Source: Haplodiscus bocki
Taxonomy: Eukaryota
NCBI GenBank assembly: GCA_965655095.1
Contig: OZ296649.1
Location: 87,792,001-87,856,000 of the forward strand
Reading direction: 5' to 3'
Length of the DNA: 64,000 nucleotides
Under the pieces are notes generated by a model, which saw only the letters and a program-made list of their open reading frames with translations, searched no databases and was not told where the DNA came from. Position numbers and translations under genes: made by a program. This document shows positions 1 through 10,900 of this stretch, in pieces; the first letter of the stretch is position 1; every line of letters begins with the position of its first letter.

Positions 1-2498
1 TTTAGCACATCTAAACCTCGCAATTGGGTGCTGTTAGGCTCCGGAGGCCTCTCACTAAAGATGTTGAAGGTGTACCAAAAGGTTCAACATGTTTGGCAAG
101 AAAAAAACTGCGTTTTGAGCCAAAATACGTCAAAAAAATGGGTTGTTTGGGGCACTAAGGTCTGCACTACAACGCTTCGGAATTTTACTGTAAGACCCCA
201 ATGATGGTCAAACTCACAGAATAGCCTTCCAATTGGATGTGCAAGATGCTGCGTTTTTAAAACAGGCAACTTTATGCGGAAAAAAATTGCTTTCTGAGCC
301 GGAAAACGTCAAAAAATTGGGTTTTTTGGGGTCCTCAGGTCTGCACTAAAACGATCGGGAATTTTACTGTAAGACCCTGATGATGCTCAAACCCACTGGA
401 TAGCCGCCCAATTGGATTCGCAAGGTGTGGCGCCAAGAAAAGAGAACCTTACAGATAAAAATCGCTTTTTGAGCCAAAAAACTTCGAAAAAAAACTGGTT
501 TTCTAGTTTCTTTAGACATTACCCCAGTGAAACCCTTCGTAAATTCACTGTACTGCTCCGATCGCGCTAAAACTCAGAGGATAGCCACTAATTTATTAGT
601 AGAACGTGTTCCTGCAATAAAAAGGTAAATTACTAATCATTCAACTCGAAGAAATTTGCAAAGAGGAACTTTAGGGCTAAGCCTATTCGCTCCTTAAAAA
701 TGAATCTGCAGGCAAGACCGCAACAACGTCTAAACGTTCTCAAACCCATATATTGAGTAAATATATCCTTTATAAAGATATTCAGGTATCTGCATGCAAA
801 TTTTCAGCTCAAAAACATCATTTTTCGTGACGTACGAAAGCTTCCAATTTGGACAAGTTGGCCCGCTAGGGCCCTTTTGGAAATGCGTGTTTTAGCACAT
901 CTAAACCTCGCAATTGGGTGCTGTTAGGCTCCGGAGGCCTCTCACTAAAGATGTTGAGGGTGTACCAAAGGTTTCAACATGTTTGAGTAGAAAAAACTGC
1001 GTTTTGAGCCAAAATACGTCAGAAAATTGGCTTTTTCGGGGCACTGAGGTATGCACTAGAACGCTTCGAAATTTACTGTAAGACCACAATGATGGTCAAA
1101 CTCACAGGACAGCCTTCCAAAAGGATGCGCAAGGTGATGCGATTTTAAAATAGGCAACTTTATTTCGAAAAAAAAATAGCGTTTTGAGCCGGAAAACGTC
1201 AAAAAAATGATTTTTTTGGGTCCTAAGGTCTGCACTAAGACGCTTCGGAATACTACTGTATGGCTCGAACAATGATTAAACTCGCAAGATAGGCGCCCAA
1301 TTAGTTGCACAAGGTGCATAAAAAAAGGCTACTTTTGTCAGAAAAAAAATACGTTTTGGGGCAAAAAACCTCGAAAAAACGGGTTTTCTGACATTAGCCC
1401 AGTAATATCTTCGTAATTTTGCTGTATTGCTCCGATCGCGCTCAAACTCACAAGATAGCCACTTTTTTGATATTAGAACGTGTTCCTGCAATAAAAAGGT
1501 AAATTACTAATCATACAACTGGGGGAAATTTGCAAAGAGGAACTTTAGTGCTAAGCCGGCTACCTATTCGCTCTTTAAAAATGAATCTGCGGGCAAGACC
1601 GCAACGACGTCTAAACAATCTCAAAACCATAAATTGAGTAAATATATCCTTTATAAAGATATTCAGGTATCTGCATGCAAATTTTCAGCTCAAAAACATC
1701 ATTTTTCGTGACGTACGAAAGCTTCCAATTTGGACAAGTTGGCCCGCTAGGGACCTTTTGGAAATGCGTGTTTTAACACATCTAAACCTCGCAGTTGGGT
1801 GCTGTTAGGCTCCGGATACCTCTCACCAACGATGTTGAAGGTGTACCAAAAATTTCAACATGTTTGAGTAGAAAACTGCGCTTTGAGCCAAAATACGTAA
1901 AAAAAATGGGTTTTTTGGGGCACTCAGATCTGCACTAAAACACCTCGGAATTTTACTGTAAAGCCCCAATGATGGTCAAACTCACAGGACAGTCTCCCAA
2001 TAGGATGCGCAACGTGATGCGATTTTAAAAAAGGCAACTTTATATCGAAAAAAATTGCGTTTTGAGCCGGATAACGTCAAAAAAATGGGTTTTTTTGGGG
2101 TGCTAAGATCTGCACTAAGACGCTTCGGAATTTCACCGTATAACTCCGATGATGCTCAAACTGACAGGATAGCCACCCAAGTGGATGCGCAAGGTGTTGC
2201 AACAACAAAAAAGGCAACATTATGCAGAAAAAAATTGCGTTTTGAGCCAAAAACCGTAAAAAAATGGGTTTTTCAGGGTATTCAGGTCTACACTAAGACG
2301 CTTCGGAATTGCACCGTATTACTCCGATGATGCTCAAACTCACAAGATAGCCAGTCAAGTAGATGCGCAAGGTGTTGCAACAATAAAAAGGCAATTTTAT
2401 GCAGAAAAAAATTGCGTTCTGAGCCAAAAACCGTTAAAAAAATGGGTTTTTTGGGGTAATCAGGTCTACACTAAGACGCTTCGGAATTTCACCGTATT
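1..2498. repeat. Satellite array S1: ~179-bp monomers in ~890-bp higher-order repeats
   Basis: Monomer core AATTTTACTGTAAGACC..GATGATGCTCAAACTCAC recurs at ~181, 360, 541, 1069, 1248, 1948, 2129, 2308. HOR marker TTTAGCACATCTAAACCTCG recurs at 1, 891 and ~1772. Confidence 0.95.
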
Positions 2499-2501
2499 TC
2501 A

Positions 2502-3575
2502 CTCTTTTGTTTAATCATAAGAAAGTACCCTAAAAGTTGTGCCTTATATCAAAATTTGAGGTCAAAATTTTACAAATTCAGCTTACACCGGCTCTCTGAA
2601 TGTCACTCAAAAGGCCGAAAAAAGGTGAAAAAACGGTGTTTCTCAGGCCCGTCGCAGACCTCACTGACTCGCACCAAAGGGCTGAAAACCCACTCCGAAG
2701 ATCTTTGTTCAAAGCCACGCACAAAAAAGGAAGTTTTTGGCCCAAAAGACAGCCCGTCATGTGATTTTAGTTGTCTGAGTGAATAACCCAAGAAAAGGCA
2801 GTCGAAAACAAAGTACAGGTGCTCGTAAACCCATCCTTTTAGGCAACTGTTCCAAAAAAAGCTTCTAACTAGTTGGAACCAACAATCAGCTAGATTCTGA
2901 CACTTTTATTTGATCCTAATTGTTAAACTATGCAAATAATGATGAATTTCATTGAAAAAACACGATTTTTCACACCTTCTTCGTGTCAAGTTAAGGACCT
3001 TCTCATCAAAATCTGGGCTTCCTCAGTACAATTTCAATTTGTTCACACAAAAGTACATACAAAGCGGTGTCCACTCCGTTTTTTTTGACAACCTTCGGGC
3101 TTCTGGTCGAAAAATACGGCTCTCCTGATTTTTTCCAAAAATACACTCAAATATCTTTTGGTGATCGTTTCGGTGCAAAAAACAGCATTTTTTTCGACGC
3201 GCGCAAAATAGATTAAGCCGATCATTCAACCATATAGTAGAGCAAATTTTGACGACTTTTTAATGTCCAAATGCAAAAATTCGAGAAATGGCGCGCTCTT
3301 GAAAAACGCCAAAAAAAGCGATTTTCGCGATTTCTGGCTACTTTGGGACTGCCATATTCGATTTTGATGATAGTTAGGTCTCTTTTGTTTAATTCATGTG
3401 AAAGTCCACCAAAAGTTGTACCTTATGTCAACCTTATGTCAAATTTTCAGGTCAAAATACTAAAAATCAGCTTAGACGGCCCCTTCGAATTTCACTCAAA
3501 ATACCAAAAAAAGGTGAAACAAAGGTGTTTTTCAGGGCAGTCGCAAATCTTACTGAAACATTCCAAGGAGCTCAA
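2502..3575 (+). repeat. Diverged ~180-bp direct repeat pair (about 2502-2690 and 3380-3575)
   Basis: CTCTTTTGTTTAAT..GAAAGT..AAAAGTTGT.CCTTAT.TCAA..AGGTCAAAAT..TCAGCTTA..TCACTCAAAA..AAAAAAGGTGAAA occurs twice, ~880 bp apart. Confidence 0.8.
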
Positions 3576-4660
3576 AAACAACCAAAAGTCTCATCTGCCG
3601 GATGGCTAACGGGTTTTATAGCCTTGAAAGTACTGGTCAACTGTTTGGGCCAAAATTGACACCTGTGAACACTCATTTTGAAAAAACACTCACTTTTTGA
3701 CATTCAAATTGAAATTACTTCTCACATATTTGAGTTACTGCAAAGTAAATCATGTTGTCAAAAACGCTTTCGCAAGTGCTTTTGAACGTTAGGAGAGTGT
3801 TTTTACCGTCAGACAACGACAAAACCCCTTTTTTGTGACTGTGTTTTCGAGGTAGTCCCAAAAACAGCCATTTTAGCCATCTGACTGAAAATGACTTCCC
3901 TCACTCGTTCCAGTTCACCCAGAAGCTTTATTTGCGGTGCCCATCAGAATCCTCCATCATTTGGAGCTGAATTCTTGAGTTGGCAAGTTGCTAAAGTTTT
4001 GACCTATGAAATCTTGGTATACCTCATCGTAAAAAAGTTTAAATGGAATAACTCGATGCACAGTAATGGGGAAGTAGGGCGGTTTTCAGTGACTCAAAAT
4101 ATAGTGGATAGAGATTATTCATGCCAGAAATTAGCACGCTACTGGCAAGAATCGCGAAATGCGGGACCTTCAAATATGGTCAAAAAACACGGTTTTCAGA
4201 AGTAGAGCATTTTTGGGGGTGAAAAAAAAGATATGTTCCACTTGGGTTACCATCATCAAAATTTACCAGCAGGTTCCCCATGGATAGTAATTGCCGGGAA
4301 TGTGCTATTTATTGGTATCCCAAGCTTGAATGAGGAGAAAGAAACGCCGGGAGACATGAAAAAGCGACTTTTGGCGATTTTCCGGACCTTCTCACGACAA
4401 CCGCATGTGAAATAGGGGTCTCAAACTTTGCCAAAAAATACCGCTGCTAGTGGCCATCTTGCGTGCTAAAAACAAAAAGGCTCAACTAAAAGAGAAAAAA
4501 ATCGATTTTTGACTCAAAACTGTTAATCGGATCAAAAAGTTGCTGTTTCCGACCAAAATGTCGGGCGACCGCAATTTTTGAGAAAAAAACATCTGATTTG
4601 AAATCGGTTTTCTTTTCTGGGGTCCTGGGCACCTTTTCAAAGGCTTAACAGAATCAAAAA

Positions 4661-4747
4661 TCCGGTAACCAGTAAATTTAGCACTCAAAAATGTTTTTTT
4701 TCCGGCAACCAAAAATCAATGAAATTATCGTTTGTTTTCCAGTAACC
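4661..4747 (+). promoter_or_regulatory. Three TCCRGYAACC motifs upstream of the structured RNA region; candidate promoter elements
   Basis: TCCGGTAACC 4661-4670, TCCGGCAACC 4701-4710 and TCCAGTAACC 4738-4747 (spacing 40 and 37 bp). Function is inferred from position only. Confidence 0.35.
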
Positions 4748-5080
4748 CCGAGCCGATTTACGACCGGCTGGTCTCTTTGGTTGCTCTTTTTTTTCATTGA
4801 GGACGTTTTGCGCGTCCAGTAGGACGGTTAAAACCAGTTGTAGGCGTTTTGCGAACCGTTTCTGCTTTAGCCACCTAGCCACTACTGTTTGAGTCACTGC
4901 ATGGTGTGCCGAAAAGAACATCTTCGGAGGTTCTCTTTGGCATCACCTAGTGTGTTGTATGTTTGTTTGCGAGGGTGCTCCAGTCTCCTTTTTTCTCTCA
5001 CCTTTTTCCCGTTTTTTCGTTAGTTTCCCTTTCCTTCCCCTGTCGTGTGTTTGCTAGGCGGACTGCAAAAATGCAGAGAA
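4748..5080 (+). other. Structured, ETS-like leader upstream of the 18S-derived RNA
   Basis: Hairpin GGACG-ttttgcg-CGTCC (4801-4817), a long hairpin 4902-4947 capped by a C(UUCG)G tetraloop, and a pyrimidine tract at ~4983-5041. Confidence 0.45.
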
Positions 5081-6122
5081 GATCTGAAAAAGATCCCGCT
5101 GGTGGGGGCTACTTGCACCACCGGTCGCAGCTTGAAATCAAAAAGTTTGATGTTTTATGGTAGAGATGGCCTCATTCTCTTACCTTCTAGGTCAGAGAGT
5201 GATTGCATCTAGACCACAAAGCCTGAAAATCTTTGATGTCAAGCCCCAAAATAACCTTAGTAGGAATAAGCATAGGGCCTACTTTCATAAACTCTCTCTC
5301 AGCGCCGTGGTTGGGGCAGGGAGATTACACGTTTCGGCGTTGAAGCTCCCTGTCGGTCAGGGTATCGGTTACCTGTTTGAGAGTTTATGAGGGTGCGGTG
5401 CAGAGCTTATCTCAGGAGAAATTGGTGCTGTGAGCCAGACACACCCAATTTCATCTGGAGGGCGATGCAACGTTTGGGCCGCGGTATATTCATCCAGAGC
5501 TGCACCTGGGACCTGCCTTGTTCTGCTGTCCCGGCTTGAGCGGCGCTTGTACACTTCCCAGGAACTGAAAGGCGAACTGATTTGTGAAGCATTGATCTAG
5601 CATTCAATATCATAATGCATACTGCTTGTCATAGGAGTCATTGTCAACTGAAAACCAAAACTGTACAAATGCTATTTGAAGTTAAGAGTTCTTGGAAGTG
5701 TATAGGTTAGCTTGGGTTCCCTAGGGTGTTTCGCCATTTCCTCGGAAATGGGTTAACACTGGGCTGTGTGAACAAGTTGATGTAAGTATGGTTGGTGTCT
5801 GGCACAGCTTGCGTTCTGCTCTGCAGAACACCCCCAGTCTGAGGGTCTCCGGAAGGGCTCCGACTTGCCGGGTTAGTCAAGAAGGAGAACGAGGCTTTCT
5901 TCAAATGCAAGCTGTCACCCTAACCTGATGGTTAGCCGCGCAACCTGAGGGAGGGAGACACTCCTTGGTGAGTGGGGCCATACGACATCGTCGTGGGCTG
6001 GCTCTGGCGTAAGCGTGTCTCATACGCTTTTGATGATGAATTCCTAGGACCAAGTGCTAAAGACGGGTCGCGCCCGAACTCACAAAGTGCAATTGCCTAC
6101 GCCTTTTGACGGGGTCTTTTTT
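5081..6122 (+). ncRNA. Highly diverged, shortened (~1.04 kb) 18S/SSU rRNA-derived structured RNA lacking the 3' minor (decoding) domain
   Basis: Collinear matches to remembered eukaryotic 18S: ATCTGaaaaaGATCCcGCtgGTgG 5082-5105 (TATCTGGTTGATCCTGCCAGTAG); ATGGTAGagaTGGCCT 5157-5172; aAGCCTGAaAA 5219-5229; TGGAGGGC..GCCGCGGTA 5456-5486 (h18); GgCGAACT..TGtGAAGCATT 5571-5593; GGTTGGTGtcTGGC 5790-5803; TTGcCgGGTTAgTC 5865-5878; GAACGAGgC 5887-5895; CGCGCaACCTGAgGGAG 5937-5953; CGTCGTG 5989-5995; GCTtTTGAtGAtGAATTCCTAG 6026-6047; GCCtTTTG-AC 6101-6110. Many intact stems with G-U pairs favour the + strand. Ends in T6 at 6117-6122. Confidence 0.75.
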
Positions 6123-6144
6123 GCCCCCAAAAGTGGGAAAAACT

Positions 6145-6186
6145 TCGGTATACCTGGAAAAAATTAACGTCGGTATACCTGGAAAA
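6145..6186 (+). terminator. Twin 17-bp direct repeats just downstream of the T6 run; candidate terminator or protein-binding boxes
   Basis: TCGGTATACCTGGAAAA at 6145-6161 and 6170-6186, each containing the palindrome GGTATACC. Role inferred by analogy to Pol I terminator layout. Confidence 0.4.
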
Positions 6187-7630
6187 CCGAGTTTCGGATC
6201 CCGAAGTTTGATGCTTTTGAAAACAAAGTAAAACTGTAGAAACTCCTCAATTTTTGGAAATCTTTGGAGCCTAGGGATTTGCAGAGTTTGTCTTTTTGCG
6301 ATAGTTGTGGAATGAACAAAAAAAATTAGACAAAAATCAACAAAAATTTTGCAAAAACCACCGCCAATATACGGTTGTGTGGGATCTTTTGCCTAAACTA
6401 ATCTGTAGTATTAGCTTGATTTAAAACTGCTGTTTTTTGGAACTCAGTGTCAACCCAAGGATCGGACATAAATTATTATGGGGCTTCTAAACACTCGTTA
6501 CAACAAAAAAAACTAATTTTGGGAGAAGATTTGAGCGTTTGAACAAGTCTGAATTGCGGGTTTCAGGTCCAACTAAGTAACGTCACTAAAAGCTTTTAAA
6601 ACAAGTGACAGTTCCTAGTTTTTTGGAAATCTTCTGTGCTTGTTCAGGCATTAAAGCTGTCAAAAAGCAATTTGTTTCAAAATCCTACACAAAAAATATT
6701 AAATTCGTGAAAAAACTGCTGAAACCAGCGTTCAAACTCTGTTATCTCGGAAATTTTGCGTTAACTTTTTTAGTACTTTGGAATTACACTAACCAGCTGG
6801 TTTTTTGCTTCCAACGCAAATCCAGAGACTTGAACTAACGTGTAAAGGTGCTTTTTGGTACCCTACAAGAAAAAAATGTATTGATAAAAAAATTTCAACG
6901 TTTGAGCAAGTCTGAATTGCGGGTTTCAGGTCCAACTAAATAAAATCGCTAAAAACTTCTAAAACAAGTGATAACTCCTGGTTTTTTGGAAATCTTCTGT
7001 GCTTATGAATGTATAATAGCTGTCAAAAAGAAACTCGTTGCAAAAAACTTGACAAAACTTATTAGATTCCTGAAAAAACAGCTGAAGCCAGTGTTCAAAC
7101 TCTGTTATCTCGGAACTTTTGCGTTATCTTTTTCAGTACTTTGGAACTTTGGAATTACACTAACCAGCTGGTTTTTTTGCTTCCAACGCAAATCCGGAGA
7201 CTTGAACTAACGTGTAAGGGTGCTTTTTGGTACCCTACAAGAAAAAAAAAGTATTGATAAAAAAATATCAACGTTTGAGCAAGTCTGAATTGCGGGCTAC
7301 AGGTCCAACTAAATAACAACGCTAAAAACTTCTATAACAAGTGATAACTCCTGGTTTTTTGGGAATCTTCTGTGCCTATTAAGGTACAAAAGCTGTCGAA
7401 AAGAAATTCGTTGCAAAATACTTACAAAAAATATTAAATTCGTGAAAAAAAACTGCTGAAGCCAGTGTTCAAACTCTGTTATCTCGGAACTTTTGCGTCA
7501 ATGTTTTCAGTACTTCGGAATTAGGCTAACCAGCTGGTTTTTTGCTTCCAACGCAAGTCCGGAGACTAGAACTAACGTGTGAGGACGCTTTTGGTACCCT
7601 ACAAGAAAAAAGTATTGATTTCAACGTTTC
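6187..7630 (+). repeat. Tandem ~360-bp repeats: three conserved units plus a diverged first unit
   Basis: CGTTTGARCAAGTCTGAATTGCGGG at ~6537, 6899 and 7272. Units share TTCAAACTCTGTTATCTCGGAA and TTTTGGTACCCTACAAGAAAAAA. Confidence 0.9.
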
Positions 7631-7930
7631 AGAATTCAATAAAAAAAATAACTTTTTTGTTTTTTTCCTGCAGTAATTGAGAAAACATAGCTGTGAAAAG
7701 CAAAACGAAGAGAATAGCAGCAAACACGGACAAAAAGAAAAAAGAAGTTTGACTTAGATCAGCGTTCAAATGAGCAAATGAGATTTAATGAAAAAAAAAT
7801 ATGCGTCGAATCTGTTGGAAAATTATGGTGGAAGACATTCAAAAGCAGTGTTGCTTCCTGAGTTTTTGCTTGTCCAGCTTTACTGATCTCCAACTTGTGA
7901 AATCGAAAAACATCTGCACCAGCTATAATC

Positions 7931-10900
7931 ATGCCTCGTGAAAACTTCAGAATTCTTCCCTATACCTCTGAAGTGTACTCCTTCAACGAAGTTGATGAGA
8001 ACGATGAACGCTGCGGTTAGGTCCAATTCCATTCCTTCTCTTCCGCCAATAAAGAGCAAAAGATTCTTTCGATGTTTTAAATTTCATTTGCATAATAGGC
8101 AAACTATTTTAAGACCTCTTCAACTCTGAATTAACTGTAATGTTTACCAAAAAGAATCACACGAAATGCTGAAATAGCTTCTGAAAAGAACATTTTTGGT
8201 TGTATGGAAATCTTTAGGAGCCCCCCTTGTGGTACCACCGTCAAGGAACATGTCACCCGATGATGCCATCATCGACTCCGAGAAAAGATCCAAGCGCGGT
8301 CAAAAGAATGTGGAGGAATGGCAATATCTGTACCAAGACCAGAAAGGTTTTGAAAAAGCCTTCATTAGCCAGGAGGAAGGCTATGGACTGGTGGCAACGC
8401 GCTTCTTTGAGAAGGGCTCCTTTCTATTGTTTTACAGAGGACGACGGATCAGTAGACGCGAAGCTGACTTGAAAATAGCCGTAAGATTCGAGGAAGCTTT
8501 GATTTGATTACTTTCGCAAAGCATATGAATAAAAACTGTTGCAAAAATGATTTTTTTAGGAGGGAAAAAACGAATACATCTATTCAGGTGAGAAGAGTAA
8601 TCTTCTCATTGATGCTTCCGATGAGGACTCTGGGCCTGCGCGTTTCATGAACAACGCAAATAAAAAAGCGCACGTGAAGGCTGGGCCATATAGAGATGGC
8701 GGTTAGTTTCATTTATCTAAATTATTTAAACTAGGAGTAAAAAACGTAAAATTATGTTTACGTTGTAGCTGGAGTTGAACGTGCGTTTCACAGCATTGCG
8801 CGACATAAACAAGGGAGAAGAGTTGGTTTACGACTACAATGGCGTAGGTCTCTTTTGGCGAGTCAAGAACCAAAACAGGGTTTTTTGAATAAAATTACTG
8901 ATTTGAAATCTTTGATGAATTAATCATTCAAATATTCCAGGGATATCAAGCCAAAATATCTGGAAGTGTCCCAACCTGAAACGTAAATTTCCCCGTTTTT
9001 TAAATTATTAATGAAACATCGCAAGCAGTATCTTTCCAGACTGAACTTTTTCCAAGACTCCTATTCAAAGTACATGCGTCTTTAGTACTAAGTAAGTTTT
9101 CTCTTGCAGTCGAAATTACGAAAGCAAGTCGAAGTTCAATTCTTCGTGTGTTTTCTCTTCCAGAGCCCAGGCGGTCCGAAAATTGATAAGCGAAGACGGA
9201 GAAAGTTCCCAAGCAGAAAATGAAGAACGCTTTCAAATTTACACTAAGAAGAAGCAATCATGCACAGAAACCCGTAAGCAAAATACTTTTCCGGATAAAA
9301 CAGTATTATAGAGCTGTCATATTCAATACTTTCTGTGTTTTAGGGGTTTTGCAGGACATAACCAACAATGAGAGCGAAAACTTCGTTGAAACTGTTTACC
9401 TTTCTGACAGTTAGACATTTTTTTCTTTGACTGACCTGAAAAAGCAATTTGGTCACGAACGAGATTTTTTCCCCTTTTTAGCAAGTCTGCCGGAAGACAG
9501 TCTCTACAGAGTTCCAGATGAGCCCATGTCGAATGTGTTTTTTTGAAGTACAAGCGGCCATCGAAGGCAAGGACAAACTGATTGCTCAAAGACAGTTAAA
9601 TTCCCAACGGTAACAATCACTCATCTCTTTCCTTGCAAGGCAAAGCATGTAGAGACGCATCCTGATTTGCAGCCTGAAAAACCTCGAGAATGAACGTCGC
9701 AAGAAAATGAAAGCTAGATCGGAAATGGGTTTTTCGCAACCCGAACCAACAACCGAAAACAATGCCAGAGCCAGGGAGGAAAGCGACTGCGAACAGTAAG
9801 TCACAAAAACAAAATGTTACCTGGGAAAAATTGAAAATTTTAGAAAAAACCAGCACTCAATCGACAGACACACTCCGCCCCAACAACCTGTCAGCTTCTC
9901 TAGGCATAAGTAACCATTTCTGGTAGGCATTTTTGATTATAATGTTGCTAGAGACCAATACGTAAAAACGCCTTTTCTCCAGCGAACCTTCGAAATCAAA
10001 AAAGAGGCACGAGATGTACAGCCCCTTCTTCATAGCGAGCACAGAAGATGAGCCAAAAATTCACAGCAAACGTGGTCAAAAGATGAAGCCACGACGAAAA
10101 CAAGGGAAGTGTCTGCGAGTTTTCAAGACGAAAAACTCCCGAAACTTAACTTCTCCAAACATAGAAAACAGGTTCTTTCGAGTTTCGTTGAAAAGTTGAT
10201 ATTTTACTAACAAACCTAAATAACTAAACGGATTTTTCCAGTCCGCATGCAAAAATTGCAACCTGCGACGAAGAACACAAAACGCCAACTGCTCTGAAAC
10301 AGCATATAAATCGGTTTGGTGTCTAAATTGTCTCACGTAAAATATTCTAAAATTTCTATTTGAGATACAGTTGGTTTTTTTTCACAGACCGCTTGCTGAC
10401 GTGACGAATCATCCAGCCCTAGACAAAGCTGCTGTCGATAGCCCGGAGTGAGTTTTTTAAATCATTATATTAAATAATTCCCCTTCTAGCGACAGTTTGA
10501 AGCACTTGCACGATTTTTAAGATATGAGGACTTTGAGAGGGACAGGAGAGAGAAAGTGAAGTCGAAAAAACCTTTGCCAGCTGAACTTCTTCCAATTCCC
10601 CAACTCAGTGAGAGTGAAGCCCTTCTTGATTGTGCCGAGTGAGTACTTATATCGACAAACTTCTTTTGCTTCCAGCCAGAAGCAACATGAGTTGAACCAA
10701 ACCAAAATTTCGATTCAGTTAGTCGCCGAAACCCAACGTAACTCACTTGACGACAGAAGAATGGAGTGAAATGATGGAGAAGCTTACTTGCTTGCCAGTT
10801 TGGACAGAGAATAGGTTCGTGTGAAACGGAGTTTAACCTCGGAAAAATGAAGCTTTTCATTGGACAGGCAAGCTGCAAATCTAATGTGCTTCAATTTTTT

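Noticed and set aside
370-400. CTGATGA in satellite monomers as a hammerhead ribozyme core
   Set aside because: No stem II followed by GAAA, and the motif varies freely among monomers (CCGATGA, TCGATGA, CAATGA).
5915-5935. ACCCTAACC as a telomerase RNA template
   Set aside because: It is sequestered in a CTAACC/GGTTAG hairpin and aligns collinearly with the 18S CTGTGATGCCCTTAGA motif. No pseudoknot or H/ACA domain is evident.
5081-6122. Functional 18S rRNA gene or ordinary rDNA unit
   Set aside because: The universal 530-loop sequence is altered, h44/h45 are missing, and no ITS, 5.8S or 28S follows.
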